Assembly (NCBI GenBank): GCA_964016885.1
Contig: OZ024746.1
Span: 7,688,001 to 7,752,000, forward strand
Source of the DNA: Eledone cirrhosa
Lineage: Eukaryota
Direction: 5' to 3'
DNA length: 64,000 nucleotides
A model generated the notes under the pieces. It saw only the letters and a program-made list of their open reading frames with translations, was not told the origin of the DNA and searched no databases. This document shows positions 39,027-52,685 of this stretch, piece by piece. A program made the translations under genes and the position numbers. Within the stretch, counting starts at the first letter, position 1. Every line of letters starts with the position of its first letter.

Positions 39027-39284
39027 CCCTTTAGCATTTAAACCAGCCATATCTGGCCAGAATTCTCTCACCTCTTTCTGTTCAAACCGGCTGTAACTGG
39101 CCACTCATACCTACATTAAGGTCAATACCTTAATGTAGGCATTATGCGGCCACTTACAGCAAATAACATCAAAAAACAAATAACATCAAAATCTCATGTA
39201 TTCGAATTGTGAGATAATTATGTAAGAAAAGCCTTTATTGTGAAAATACAATAGTAAATATAGAGTAATGTAAATGCTGAAGGG
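39027..39284. mobile_element. piggyBac-like MITE
   Basis: TTAA|CCCTTTAGCATTTA ... TAAATGCTGAAGGG|TTAA. Confidence 0.85.
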
Positions 39285-39599
39285 TTAAATAGCTGTGTAA
39301 TGTCATATGGATACAACCTGTTGTCATATTGATAGCTGCCGAAATTAAGCCTTTTTGATACCAACCTGCTAAAAACCACACCAATTCTATGATGACACAT
39401 CTCTTGTTTTAAAGTAATCATATTTAAATTAAAAAAAACATAATGTTATGGAAAAATATTTTTGTTAATCTATGTATCTAAAATGTTAGCTTAACAACAA
39501 ATTGTTGATTATTTATAAAAATATGTATAAAAAAACATAGGTGGTGCATGTAATAAAGTATGGTGTCACAATCGTTAAATAACTGCAATACCATTTCTC

Positions 39600-40250
39600 T
39601 TTGACTTATAATTCCCCGTGGGGTCGTAGAGGCACCGTAGTGAGATATGAGGATTTTGGATAAGTTGAAACCAGGCGACGCCTATCCTTGCTCCATGTCT
39701 TAACAGAACTTCTTCCAGAGAAGTAGAGGGAGTGATAGAAAGTAGCGGGGAATGATAGAGAGTAGGGGGAATGATAGAGAAGTAGGAGGAGTGATAGAGA
39801 AGTGGGGGGAATGATAGAGAGTAGGGGGAAGGATAGAGAAGTAGGGGGAGTGATAGAGAAGTAGGGGGAATGATATAGAGTAGGGGGAGTGATAGAGATG
39901 TAGGGGGAGTGATAGAGGAGTAGGGGGAGTGATAGAGAAGTAGGGGGAATGATAGAGAAGTAGGGGGAATGATAGAGAGTATTGGGGGGAGTGATAGAGA
40001 AGTAGGGGGAGTGATAGAGAGTATTGGGGGAGTGATAGAGAAGTAGGGGGAGTGATAGAGAAGAAGTAAGAACGAATTAGAGAGTAAGAAACGATCTCAG
40101 TATTGAACTGGTATTGTTCTTTATCAACCTTGAAAGGATGAAAGACAAAGTTGACCTCAGCAGGATTTGAACTCAGAGCACAGAGGGCTTGACCAAATAC
40201 AACAAAGTATTCTATCCAATGTTTTAACTACCCTGTCAATTTGCCACCTA
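39600..40250 (-). mobile_element. SINE (9110-9428 family) with an internal ~20-bp GTAGGGGGAGTGATAGAGAA minisatellite (39720-40065)
   Basis: Flanks match the 9120-9428 element; its purine-rich linker is expanded. Confidence 0.7.
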
Positions 40251-40921
40251 ACTGCTCGGGTTATGAAGTATTGATTTCTAATTTAAGCACAGGGTCAGCA
40301 AATTTGTGGGTAACAGCAAAGTTGATTGAGTCAACCCCTGCACTTGACTGGTACTTTATTTTATCGACCCCTAAAGGATGAAAGACAAAGTTGACCTTGG
40401 TGGGATTTGAAATGAGACACAAAGAGCTGGAACCAATACAGCAAAGCATTCTATCTGATATTCTAAAAACTCTACCAATCCACTGACTAACACTAATACT
40501 ACTAAGTGAGATCTTTACAGAAATGTTAGAACATGAGACCATACAGAATTTATGTTTGTCTTACGACACTTTTTGTCCAATCGTAGTTAAGTATAACTTG
40601 ACTTTCCTAATTTCAGAGTTAATAAAATAAGTATCAGAAATATACTAGATGCAATGTAATTATCTATGTCAATTCCACTCATTAATTAGTCTTATGATTG
40701 AATAATAAATTAGTTCAGTGTAAAATAGTCATCATGTTACTAATGAAATATTAAATATTACCTCACTATAACCCAGCAGGATGTTAAATAACTTTAATAA
40801 TATAATTAGCTGATCAATGATAAATCCTCCATCAGTTTTAATGATGAGCATTCAAATATTTAATTAACTAAATTACCAACTTATTAACCCTTCAGTTACC
40901 ATCATCATCACCACCACGACC

Positions 40922-40955
<34 letters not shown>

Positions 40956-41740
40956 TCTACAACATCATCAAAGGTAGACGAGACAAAGGTGGCTCCAGAT
41001 TAACATAAAAAATCACCAGTTTAGGGCCCCAACTAAAGCAGGGCTCCAACTAAAGAGGGGCCCCCATAGAGATTTTTTTCTGCCCCAAATTTAAAATGGA
41101 ACATACTGCAATGTTGCAGCTGAACTAGGAGCTATCAAAATGAGCCTTCACAATTTTTCAGCACTTAGGACCTCAAAAGGTTTTAATCTGGCCCTTGCAC
41201 AAAGGTTCATTATATCTTGTTGCTGGTGTTATGTTCTATTGCTCAGAATAACTTTAATCCTCCAGTGATCATGATTCTAACAAAACACAGTCTATGTGAG
41301 TCAGAAGAAGAGGAAGAAGAAGATATGAAGAGCCACTTACATGGCTATGAAGTGAACCCTCAGCCATTCAGTTTGTAAGGCAGGATATTCTAGTGATTCA
41401 TATATTACAACAGATGTAGCTTCCTCTTCACTTCTCATGAAGTGATAGTCCTAGACATTTATAATTCAACTTGGTCATTTAGGTCTCTACTATAGTAGTT
41501 TTACTGTTGTTGACATTTAATCCTATATCAATGTTGACCGAGAAAACCTCTGATTGAAGATGTTCCGGCTGTGACCATCCTGTTTTTCTTTTTTGTTTGT
41601 TGTTTGTAAGCCAGTAACAACACAGTCCAATTTATTCTTTATTTAATCCTTTCTTTACCATATTTTTAACGAAAGACTTTGAAAATAATAAAAAATTTGG
41701 TAATGTAACTAATGTTCTCATTATTATACTGCTGTTTAAT

Positions 41741-41932
41741 GGCGGTGGATTGGCAGAATCGGTAGAGGGTCGGACGCCATGCTTTCCAGCATAGTTACGT
41801 CTCTTTACGATCTGAGTTCAAATCCCGCCGAGATTGACTTTGCCTTTCATCCTTACGGGGTCGATAAAATAAAGTACCAGTAATGCACTGGAGTAATGCC
41901 TGGCCTTGTGCCTAAAGTAGAAACAATTATTA
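41741..41932 (+). mobile_element. tRNA-derived SINE family A, full length
   Basis: GGCGGTGGATTGGCAGAATCGG head, GAGTTCAAATCCCGCC, core and ATT tail. Confidence 0.93.
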
Positions 41933-41944
41933 TGCTGTTGTTTG

Positions 41945-42320
41945 GAACATAGTTTAACAAAGGTTCTTCTTCTCTTCTCCTTATTCCTAGGAGAGTTGTG
42001 GGGGCAGAGTCCTCCAACACTCCTTCCAGTGGGTCCTATCAGACCAACCGAACTCATGGATGTTATCCATTGTGCTCAGGGTCTAGCCATAGGTCTCCTG
42101 CCAGTTGGTTTTGCCTGTAAAATCTGTCCATCGATTCTTTCCTGGGATATTCTAACCACATGCCCATAGTATCGGAACTGTGATCTCTCAATTCAGAGAA
42201 GTAGCGACTCTACTTGGTGTGACTCTCAGATCTCCAAGCTATGCACTCTATCAAGTAACATTACTCCAAAGACCCTTTGGAGGAACCCCATTTCAGCTAC
42301 CCGTATTCACTTAACAAGGG
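41945..42320 (-). mobile_element. RTE LINE family 3, 3' fragment
   Basis: Reverse translation includes SQFRYYGHVVRI..RQILQAKPTGRRPMARP. Confidence 0.75.
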
Positions 42321-42486
42321 TTTCCACATAAAATTAAGATGGAAGGTTATAACACAAAGATGAGTTTCAGGTGGTTTGGTATCAAAAATATTAAGATGGT
42401 TAGATGAGATTTGAGGTAACTCCAGCAGAGATTTTTAGCACATTGAGTTACCACATAGATTCACCCTTGTTTCGATTCCTCTATAA

Positions 42487-42695
42487 CAATGTTTCCCAAA
42501 GAGGGTTCCATAAAAAAGAACTGAGGTTCTGTGACACAAGGTGTCTTTTTATAACATTTAGTAAATATTAACTAATATCTTAGGGTGTTATGTGAATAAA
42601 TTCACTCTCTCATATATTTAATGTCTTATTAAAATTAGGATTGTCTGTAAAACATAGTTATGGGTTCCATGGTTAAATATGTTAAGGAATCACTG
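42487..42695. mobile_element. hAT-Charlie-like MITE
   Basis: CAATGTTTCCC ... GGAATCACTG ends, internal GGGTTCC motifs, nTCTAnAn-type flanks. Confidence 0.5.
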
Positions 42696-42749
42696 GTCTA
42701 CAGTAATGTTAAAGAATAGAATCAGTGTAGATAATCCTTCAACTACTGA

Positions 42750-43610
42750 TGACATCACCACCACCACCACCTCTACCGCTACTGATGACACCACCACCAC
42801 CATCACTAACACCACCACCTTTACCGTTACCACCACCACCTCTACCGCTACTGATGCTACTACCACCACCATCACTAACATTACCACCTCTACCGTTACC
42901 ACCACCACCACCACCACCACCACTATCACCACCACACACCATCACCATCACCACCACCACCATCACACCACCATCACCACCACCATCACTACCACCACCA
43001 CCACCCTCACCACCACCACCACCACCACCACCACCACCACCACCACCACCACCACCACCACCACCATCACACCACCACCACCACCACCACCACCACCACC
43101 GCCATCACCACCACCACCATCACCACCGCCATCACTACCACCACCACCATCACTACCACCACCACCACCCTCACCACCATCATCACCACCACCATCACCA
43201 CCACCACCATCACACCACCATCACCACCACCATCACTACCACCACCACCACCCTCACCACCACCACCACCACCACCACCACCACCACCCTCACCACCACC
43301 ACCACCACCATCACCACCACCACCACCATCACACCACCACCACCACCGCCCTCACCACCACCACCACCACCACCATCATCACCACCACCATCACTACCAC
43401 CACCACCACCATTACCACCACCATCACTAGCAGCACCACCACCCTCACCACCATCATCACCACCACCATCACCACCACCACCACCATCACACCACCACCA
43501 CCGCCCTCACCACCACCACCACCACCACCACCACCACCATCATCACTACCACCATCACTACCATCACCACCACCACCACCACCACCACCACCACCACCAC
43601 CACCACCACT
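42750..43610. repeat. (CAC)n tract
   Basis: Direct inspection. Confidence 0.95.
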
Positions 43611-44241
43611 AAATAATTATAGTCCCCCTAATACTTCTACAGTAGCATGAAACATGTAAATAGCTATAGAGACACCCCCTCCCTCTTATAACCTAAACTA
43701 GAACAACACATTGGAACAAGAAGGTTGACAAAGAAACCACATACATACACACATACACATGCACACACACATGCATATACAGACACACACCACACTTATA
43801 TACATACTTACACACATGGACATACTCATACCATATACACACACACATATACCCATACATACACACAGATATACACACACACACACATATACCCATACAT
43901 ACACACAGATACACACACACATATACCCATACATACACACATATACACACACATATATACACATGCACACACACACATATATATACACACACACATGTAC
44001 ATGGATCATAATGAAAGCAGTAAGCAGATTAGAAGAAAAAAGATTAGTTGTAATGTAATCCCCAGAAAGAAACAGAAAGAAATTAAGAAAGATTATATAA
44101 AAGAAGCTCTGCTGAATAATATATAATGTGTATATATATATAATATATATATAATGTATATATTGTATATATATATATTATTGAAATGGATGAGCTCACC
44201 ATTGGGACTACAGCTTTTAACTATATATATATATATATCAT

Positions 44242-44278
<37 letters not shown>

Positions 44279-44280
<2 letters not shown>

Positions 44281-44864
44281 TGCATAAAAGATGTAATAGG
44301 ATCACAGGTAAACTAACCAAGAACATATATTTTATATGTGGCCAGTGCTCAAGTGCAATAAGTAGTAGCAAGTGTCCACAGGATACTAGCTCCTTCCATT
44401 GCCCAGATGGTTCTATAGAAATAGTGGACACCTTCCGTTACCTGGGTAACGAAATCAGCAGTGGTGGAGGGTGTTCTGAAAGTACAGTAGCCAGAGTCAG
44501 AACGGGATGGAAAAAGTTCATAGAGCTTATACCACTATTGGCCGCTAAAGGTTTCTCCCTAAAAATGAAAGGCAGGCTGTATGATGCCTGTATACGAACA
44601 GCAATGCTACATGGCAGTGAGACATGGGCATTGTGTGCAGAGGATCTGCGCAGATTGGAGAAGAATGAAGCTTGCATGCTCCATTGGATGTGTAATAGTA
44701 ATATACGTAAACGGCAAAGCATAAATGAACTTAATGAGAAATTAGGAATGAGAGGGATCAGATGCTGTTTACTCGAGAGAAGACTGCGTTGGTATGGTCA
44801 CGTGATGCGCATGAAAGACAACAGCTATATAAAAAAGTGCAGAGCGATCAAAATAAATGGAAGT
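44279..44864 (+). mobile_element. RTE LINE family 1 internal fragment
   Basis: HKRC..ICGQC..FRYLG..KGRLYDACIRTAMLHGSETW..RRLRWYGHVMR, homologous to 54967-55806. Confidence 0.93.
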
Positions 44865-45040
44865 TACGGATTGACGATGAAAAGTTCATAGGATGACTGA
44901 AATCTTGCATGCATTAATTTCAACTCTTCTTATAAATAACTATTGTTTCTTTTCAGGGTCTATGTTGAAATATAAACCTCATTTGGTTATTCCATGAGAG
45001 TATCTTGGTCAGCATATGAACTTTTCAGCAGACCCTCATA
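44865..45040. mobile_element. Mariner-like MITE
   Basis: Imperfect TIRs ..GAAAAGTTCATAGGATGAC / GTCAGCATATGAACTTTTCAGCAGACCCTCATA. Confidence 0.55.
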
Positions 45041-45572
45041 TATATGTGTGTTGTGTGTGTGTGTATGTGTGTGAGTGTGTATGTGTCTATGAGTGTGTCT
45101 ATGTATAAGCAAACACAAACGTGAATATATATGCATGTTAACACACATGCACACACATACAAACACACACACACACACACCTATATACACACATATACAT
45201 ACATAAATATTAAAAGATCCACACACATATGAACACATGATTGTTGCATGTATATAAAAATTAATGTTAAAAACAACAACAACCAAACTAAAAAATGTAA
45301 GTAAAGATTGTTTATCTTTTTAATATCTTAAGAAAGACAGGTGTTATAGTAATAACAATTTTGTCACCTGCTATATAATTTTGGCCTAATTTCCACCATT
45401 AAACCAAAGGTCAACTTGATTCCACTTTTCTAATCCTGTTCTGTTTCCTCTTAAACCGGTTCATACTGATTTTAGATCGGGTTCTCCTCTAAAAAAAACA
45501 AGACCAAAATTAGTTTGAGAATGTCAGTGTCCCAAATGCAGAAAATGTCTGCAATAACTGTCATTCACAATA

Positions 45573-45760
45573 AATAATTGTTTCTACTTTAGGCACAAGG
45601 CCAGCAATTATCCAGTACATTACTGGTACTTTATTTTATCGACCCCGTAAGGATGAAAGGCAAAGTTAACCTCGGCAGGATTTGAACTCAGACCGTAAAA
45701 GGACGTAACTATGTTAGAAAGCATGGCATCCGACCCTCTACCAATACTGCCAATCCACCA
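45573..45760 (-). mobile_element. tRNA-derived SINE family A
   Basis: Reverse complement of the full element. Confidence 0.92.
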
Positions 45761-45926
45761 TAAATAATAGTTGCAAAATAAAATCAGGCAAAATAACCTT
45801 CGAGACAAAAAAAAGGGGGATAGAAGTACCTTTTTTTTCTGTCTCTAAATACATTTTACTTAAATTTCTCAACTATTATTTATAGTGACTAACTATTACT
45901 GCAGTCATTTCTGTGTTTGGGACACT

Positions 45927-46032
45927 CTTCTTCTTCTTCTTCTTCTTCTTCTTCTTCTTCTTCTTCTTCTCCTCCTCCTCCTCCTCCTTCTTCTTTGTCT
46001 TTTTCTCCTTCTCCTTCTCCTTCTTCTTCTTC
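45927..46032. repeat. (TTC/TCC)n tract
   Basis: Direct inspection. Confidence 0.95.
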
Positions 46033-46194
46033 AGAGGGTTGTGGGGGGCAGAGATCTCAAATACTCTCTCCAGCAGATTTCTGTCAGATGCAAATGTTTC
46101 CAACTGATCCCCAAGCGTGACCAGCTCATGGATGTTATCCAACCATCTTGGGAAACTGACATTCTCAAATTTCAGATTCTCCCAGCAATCTGTA

Positions 46195-46680
46195 AATCAT
46201 CACCATCATCATTTAACGTCCATTTTCCATGTTTGCATGGGTTAAACAGGTTGTCACATTATGAAACAAGTCAGGTCCAGAGATCACGTTTTGTTCATAC
46301 AGATGTGTATTCTGGCTTGGTTTCTATAGCTGGATGCACTTCTTAATGTTAACTACCTTACAGTGTGGGCTGGGTGCTTTTTGTCGTGTCACCAGTACGA
46401 CCACCTTCCAGCACGTACTGGGTGCTTTTTATAATGTCACCAGCACAACCACCTTACAACATGGACTGGGTGCTTTTTGTCGTGTCACCAGTACAACCAC
46501 CTTACAGTGTGGACTGGGTGCTTTTTACCATGTCACCATCACAACCACCTTACAGTGTGGACTGAGTGCTTTTTGTTGTGTCACCATCACAACCACCTTA
46601 CAGTGTGGACTGGGTGCTTTTTGTCGTGCCACCATCACAACCACCTTACAGTGTGGACTGAGTGCTTTTAGTTGTGTCAT
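46195..46680 (-). mobile_element. RTE tail with a 48-bp tandem unit (about 7 copies)
   Basis: ACCTTACAGTGTGGACTGGGTGCTTTTTGTCGTGTCACCATCACAACC repeated after a (CAT)n tail. Confidence 0.8.
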
Positions 46681-47390
46681 GAAAAAAAATCAATAATAAT
46701 AACAATGCTTTCTAATTTATGCACAAGGCCAGCAATTTGGGTCTACAGGGTATGTTGATTAAATCGACAACAGTACTTGAGTGGTACAATATTTTATTGA
46801 CCCTAGAAAGAGGTGAAAGACAAAGTTGACCTCAACATAATTTGAAACTAGAATGCAAAGAGCCAGTATTTGTTCTGGCTCTTTATGTTTTGGTCTCAAA
46901 AACATGAATGTAAAATACCTCTAGAGCAACCTTGAAATTATCCACAACACAAGACCGTTGAATGTCCTAACTCCTAAACAATACACTCAGAAATTGAAAC
47001 CCAACTATAAACTAAACACCTCTATTAAAATCTCAGGCATCGCCCATATTTTCTGACACTACCATCTCATTGTATTATAGTCTACACCATCCAGACACTG
47101 CTTCTTCACCTACTTATTTCTGAGAGGGTCATTAGGTCAGAGTCCTCAAGCATGCCTTCCAGTGGGTCCTGTCAGAAGCAACCATCTCCTACTGATCTGG
47201 CTGGATCCCCAAGCAAAACCAGCTGAGCTCATGGATATTATTCAACCATCTTGCTTGATGTCTACCCCTGGCTCTCCTGCTGGTTGGTTTTGCCCGTAAA
47301 ATCTGTCTTGTGATTCTTTCCTGAGACATTCTAACCTCTTGCCCAAAGTATCAGAGCTGTGATCTCTCAATTCAGAGAAGTAGTGGTTCA

Positions 47391-47509
47391 AACTCCGTAA
47401 TTTGGCTGTTTTAACAGCTATTCTTGTCTTCAAATTATTTCTATAAATTTCAATAAATAAATTTTAAACTGATACATTTCCTATGGGGCCAAACTTTTGT
47501 AACACCCTG
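47391..47509. mobile_element. Tc1/mariner terminal fragment
   Basis: CCAAACTTTTGTAACACCCTG|TA is the reverse of a TA|CAGGGTG-type TIR. Confidence 0.5.
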
Positions 47510-48261
47510 TATATAAATACACACACATACACACACATTCATGCATACACACACAATATAAAAATGAAATATGTTGCTTGAGATACACGAACACATTATT
47601 CACACATGTATATATATATATATACACACACACATATGTATGTGCGTGTGTGTTTGTGCATAATTAGCAAAAAACTCCATATGAAAGTGTGAAAAAGTAT
47701 TCCTAAGTGCCTGGTTACTTTTGGCACTAAAGAATGGACTTTAAAACTATTGATGACCTAGAAAACCACTTGAGATGGGCTTGTGCAGTTTCTGTTTACC
47801 AAATTCCACTCACAAGGCATTGATCAATCTGAGACTATAGTAGAAGACATCTGTTGAAGTGGCTGCTCTAGGGGGTCTGAACCCAGATTCTCATGGTTAC
47901 AAAGTGAACTCCTTCACTACACAGCTATGCCTGTGTATCTACAAATATATGTAGGTGGGGTTTTTATTATTATGTTTTTACAACATTAAATATGTTGACA
48001 CAAACTTAGCTATTGGTTTTCATATGAATGGCAACACGACAAAAGCACCCAGTCCAACCTGTAAAGTGGTCATGTTTGAAACTAAAAGCACCTTGCCTAG
48101 ACTGTAAAGCGGTTGTTTTGACTGTAAAGCGGTTGTTTTGGTGCCATGACAAACAGCAGCCAGTCTACACTGTAAAGGGGTTATATTGGTGCCATAACAA
48201 ATAGCAGCCAGTCTACACTGTAAAGGGGTTGTTGTGGTGCCATGACAAAAAACAGAAACCA

Positions 48262-49018
48262 TTGTTAACTTTGCCTTTCATCCTTACAGGGTCGATAAAA
48301 CAAAGTACCAGTAATACACTGGGATAATTGCTGGCCTTGTGCCAAAAGTAGAAACAATTATTATTATTAAAGGCAAAGAGCAAAGAGTTACGGCCCTTTA
48401 TGGTCTGAGTTCAAATCCCGCCGAGGTTAACTTTGCCTTTCATCCTTACGGGGTCGATAAAATAAAGTACCAGTAATACACTGGGATAATTGCTGGCCTT
48501 GTGCCAAAAGTAGAAATAATAATTATTATTAAAGGCAAAAGAGTGGTGGATTGGCCGTATTGACAAAGCACCGGATAACATGCTTTGCAGCATGGAGTTA
48601 TGGCCCTTTATGTTCTGAGTTCAAATCCTGCCAAGGTTAGCTTTACATTTCATCCTTACGGAATCAATAAAATAAAGTAGCTGTAATGCCCCGGGGTCAA
48701 TTTAATCAACATTCCCTTCCCTTCAAATTGTTGGTCTTATGCCAAACAGTAGAAATATTAATAATTATGATTCTCTTGAATCTTAGGCAATTACACCAAT
48801 GCTTGCCTATATTATTTAAAATATTACGGGCGGTGAATTGGCAGTTTTGGTAGAGGGTTGGACGCCATGCTTTCTAGCATAGTTACGTTCCTTTACAGTC
48901 CGAGTTCAAATCCCGTCGTGGTTAACTTTGCCTTTCATCCTTACGGAGTCAATAAAATAAAGTACCAGTAATGTACTGGTATTTGCTAGCCTTGTGCCAA
49001 AAGTAGAAACAATTATTT
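48262..49018 (+). mobile_element. Cluster of four co-oriented family-A SINE copies or fragments
   Basis: Core GTTAACTTTGCCTTTCATCCTTAC..AAAGTACCAGTAAT recurs at about 48265, 48425, 48635 and 48920. Confidence 0.88.
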
Positions 49019-49346
49019 CCAGAGTATAAAACTTATTTCCAGAGTATAAAACTTATCCTTACTGAAGTTTGCATGTTTAGAAAATTAGATAAATGGATCA
49101 TTTAACTCTTTTAGTACCAAGCTGCTCTACTAAACAAAGCTGTTTATTTTAAAGTTCCCTATCATTCCACTGCAAAGTGGTCGTGCAGGTGCCACGGCAA
49201 AAAAGCACCCAGCACTCACTGTAAATGAGGTTGGTGTTAGGAAGGGCATCCAGCTGTAGAAATCAAGCCAAAATCAGTTCCCGTCCCACCCTTGCAAGCA
49301 GCGAAAAGCGAACGTAAAATGAAATGATGAATGAAATGATGATATA

Positions 49347-49383
<37 letters not shown>

Positions 49384-49400
49384 TATATATATATATATAC

Positions 49401-49465
<65 letters not shown>

Positions 49466-49471
49466 CATATA

Positions 49472-49533
<62 letters not shown>

Positions 49534-49535
<2 letters not shown>

Positions 49536-50255
49536 CATCATCATCCTCGTTTAATGTCCATTTTCCAAGCTAGCATGGGTTAGACGAGCTGTCTTGTTGT
49601 AACAAGCCAGGTCGGAGGATGGTATTTTGCTCACACAGAACCAAATTTGGCTGGGTTTCTATGACTGGATGCCCTTCCTAACACCAACTACATTTACTGT
49701 GGGTACTGGGTGCTTTTTGCCATGACACCTACACAACCATTTTACAGTGTGGACTGGGTGCTTTTTGCCATGACATCTAGATGACCATTTTACAGTGTGG
49801 ACTGGGTGCTTTCTGTCGTGACACCTACATGACCACTTTATAGTGTGGACTGGGTGCTTTCTGTCGTGACACCTACATGACCACTTTATAGTGTGGACTG
49901 GGTGCTTTCTGTCGTGACACCTACATGACCACTTTATAGTGTGGACTGGGTGCTTTTTGCCATGACACCTACATGACCACTTTATAGTGTGGACTGGGTG
50001 CTTTCTGTCGTGACACGTACATGACCACTTTATAGTGTGGACTGGGTGCTTTCTGTCGTGACACCTACACGACCATTTTACAGTGTGGACTGAGTGCTTT
50101 TTGCCATGACACCTACATGACCACTTTATAGTGTGGACTGGGTGCTTTTTGTCGTGACACCTACACAACCACTTTACAGTGTGGATTGGGTGCTTTCTGT
50201 CGTGACACCTACACGACCACTTTACAGTGTGGATTGGGTGCTTATTGTCATGGCA
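49534..50255 (-). mobile_element. RTE tail with a 48-bp tandem unit (about 12 copies)
   Basis: CCACTTTATAGTGTGGACTGGGTGCTTTCTGTCGTGACACCTACATGA repeated. Confidence 0.85.
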
Positions 50256-51038
50256 CTAAGATGGGTGCTCATTATTGTGACACCAAGATATTACTAAGTC
50301 CCTCCAAATTCTTGATTATTTTCAAATTATTCAAAAACTATAGGCCATGTTTTTCATTATAAATATATTAAGGAGATGGTTAAGTTATGTTCTGAGAATG
50401 TGAGTAAGGAAGTTAACATCTGAAAGTAGGTTCCACTAATTGTTAGAACATAAGAACAACAGTTTGAGTGGTTATCAACAGTGAACATCCTTCTTATCAT
50501 AAATATTACATGTTTCAGGTTAATGGGTCACTTTAAAAAACAGTGTTTTTTGTTTTTGCTTTTACACACTCTTCAGTATTTTATTTATTTATTTAATTAT
50601 TTAATTATTTATTTATTTAATTATTTATTTAATTATTTATTTATTTCTTATTTCTAGTTTCTCGGTCACCTTTGTTTTCATTCACAACTGCAGTGTAAGT
50701 TTTCAGCAGTTGTCTTTGTTCTCATCTTGTCCCTACCAATTCTCGAAATATTTTTAAGTCTCCCTATTTTTCACATATTACAATAGATTTCCTCCTCAAC
50801 AAACAACACTTCATATTTTGTTTTTAAAGTACAAGATTGGTTTATTTATATTTTTTTATCATTTAGTCAGGAGAAAGGGAAATACACACAAACCTTTCCA
50901 GTGTTTCTGAGACTGGTGGAAAGTGGGGTGAGGGAAAAGTATCCTCAAGACAGAAGAGGACTTGGCTTGAATATTTGTAAGACACCCAAGCTAAAGACAC
51001 CCAAGGACCAGATTGGCTTTAAACTGGTCATAGATTAA

Positions 51039-51259
51039 CCCTTTAGCATTTAAACCAGCCGTATCTGGTCAGAGCTCTCTCACTTCTTTCTGTTCAAACC
51101 AGTTGTAACTGGCTGCTCATACCTACATTAAGGTATTGTTCTCAAAATAAATAACATCAAAATCTCGTAGATTTGATATTATGTGAGATAATTAGTTAAA
51201 ATAAAGCCTTTACTGTGAAAATACAATAGTATATATAGAGTAAGGTAAATGCTAAAGGG
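51039..51259. mobile_element. piggyBac-like MITE (221 bp)
   Basis: TTAA TSD and perfect TIR CCCTTTAGCATTTA/TAAATGCTAAAGGG. Confidence 0.88.
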
Positions 51260-52685
51260 TTAAGTCTGCCACCCAGGTAGAATTTGAACACAGAATGCAA
51301 TGGGCCAGAAAAATAATGCAAGGTATTCCATTTGATGCCCCAAATAATCCTCGTAGTTCACCAATCCTAGACTGTTATTTTATTTATCAACTGTAGAAAT
51401 ATGAAAGGTTTAACTAACCTAGGATTTCAACTTAGAGTGCAAGGAAGTGAAATAAATACAGCGGAACATTTGTTGCCCTATTGGCTCCTTTAAACTAGGT
51501 TTAAACATTTACATTCACACAGTTTACTACTTGTGGCTTTTATATGTCTTTCTTTCTTTTTAAACATGGCTGCTCCTTCTATTTATACTGATCAGGTTTC
51601 CTTTTGGTTTGTTTTTTGGGGGATTTCTTTTGTTTTTCACAATCAGAATGTTTCAGATTTCTCACTCAGGTTTCACACAGGCAGACAGACACACATGCTG
51701 TGATGAAAAGGGTTGAAAATAATAAACAGTGTGTAGCAGGTCTTCGATAATCTGAAATTGACAGAGTGATATCATGAGAAAAACAAAATGCAGGTTCTGT
51801 TCTGATAAAAGACAGTGTTAAGATGTAGCTGTTAGAGAAAGGTCAAGTGACAAGGTCCCAGACCTCATTCTCTTAATGAGTGAGGTGGAGCTTGTCAAAT
51901 CAAACTGAGGAAACAATGTTTCCATTAGACTTTCCATTTGCTAATACAATCTACCGGGTCACAAATCCAAGCAGAAGAAGCAACATGAAATAAAGTGTCT
52001 TGCTCAAGAACATAACACTTCACCCAGTTCAGGAATCAAACTCACAACCTCACGATTGTAAGTCCAATTCTCTAACCACTCCAAATGCCTTCACTACTTA
52101 GTGAAGTGAAGTAGCTGTTACAAAGGCCATAATTAGAAGTAAAGGAAGACAGGAAGTGGTGGCCTTATGCCTGTTTACCTGACTGTCTTGCATAGGTTGT
52201 TGGGTAGGTAGGTAGTTAGGTTCAGTTTGCTTACCTGTTTTTTTTTGTGGTTTCTCCCTACCCCCACATACATGCCATCTTTCTTGTGCATCAGTACGCA
52301 GGTAAACATATGATCTTAAAGGAAAAAGGAGGCAATAAATATCAAATACTCTTTCGCTGGCTACACCTGCATACACTTCAAGGTTGATTATCCTCTCTTT
52401 TAGTTTAGTCTATATGCTTTCTTCTTTCTCTCTGTTTAGGCAGTTTAATCAAAGCTGGGGAGAGAGAATCAACAGCTAGTGACACAAATAACCAAATCTG
52501 TTCAGATAGTTTTTTCTTTCATTGTTTTTTTTTTAAATAGTAGTAAGATGTTTCACAAACATAAACTTGGGATTGGTTACAAAGGTAATTCCTTCAGCTA
52601 ACAAAAGACATGATGGTGTGTATGTGTGTGTGCGTTAGCACGCAAATGAGTGTGCGTGTGTATATAAATATATATATATAAATAT

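Noticed and set aside
42679-43650. Thr/His/Pro-rich ORF (similar ORFs at 60739-62284)
   Set aside because: (CAC)n low-complexity tract
50871-50927. Possible 57-nt plus-strand exon (tcag..gtgagg)
   Set aside because: Isolated, no recognisable product; cannot be distinguished from chance without RNA data
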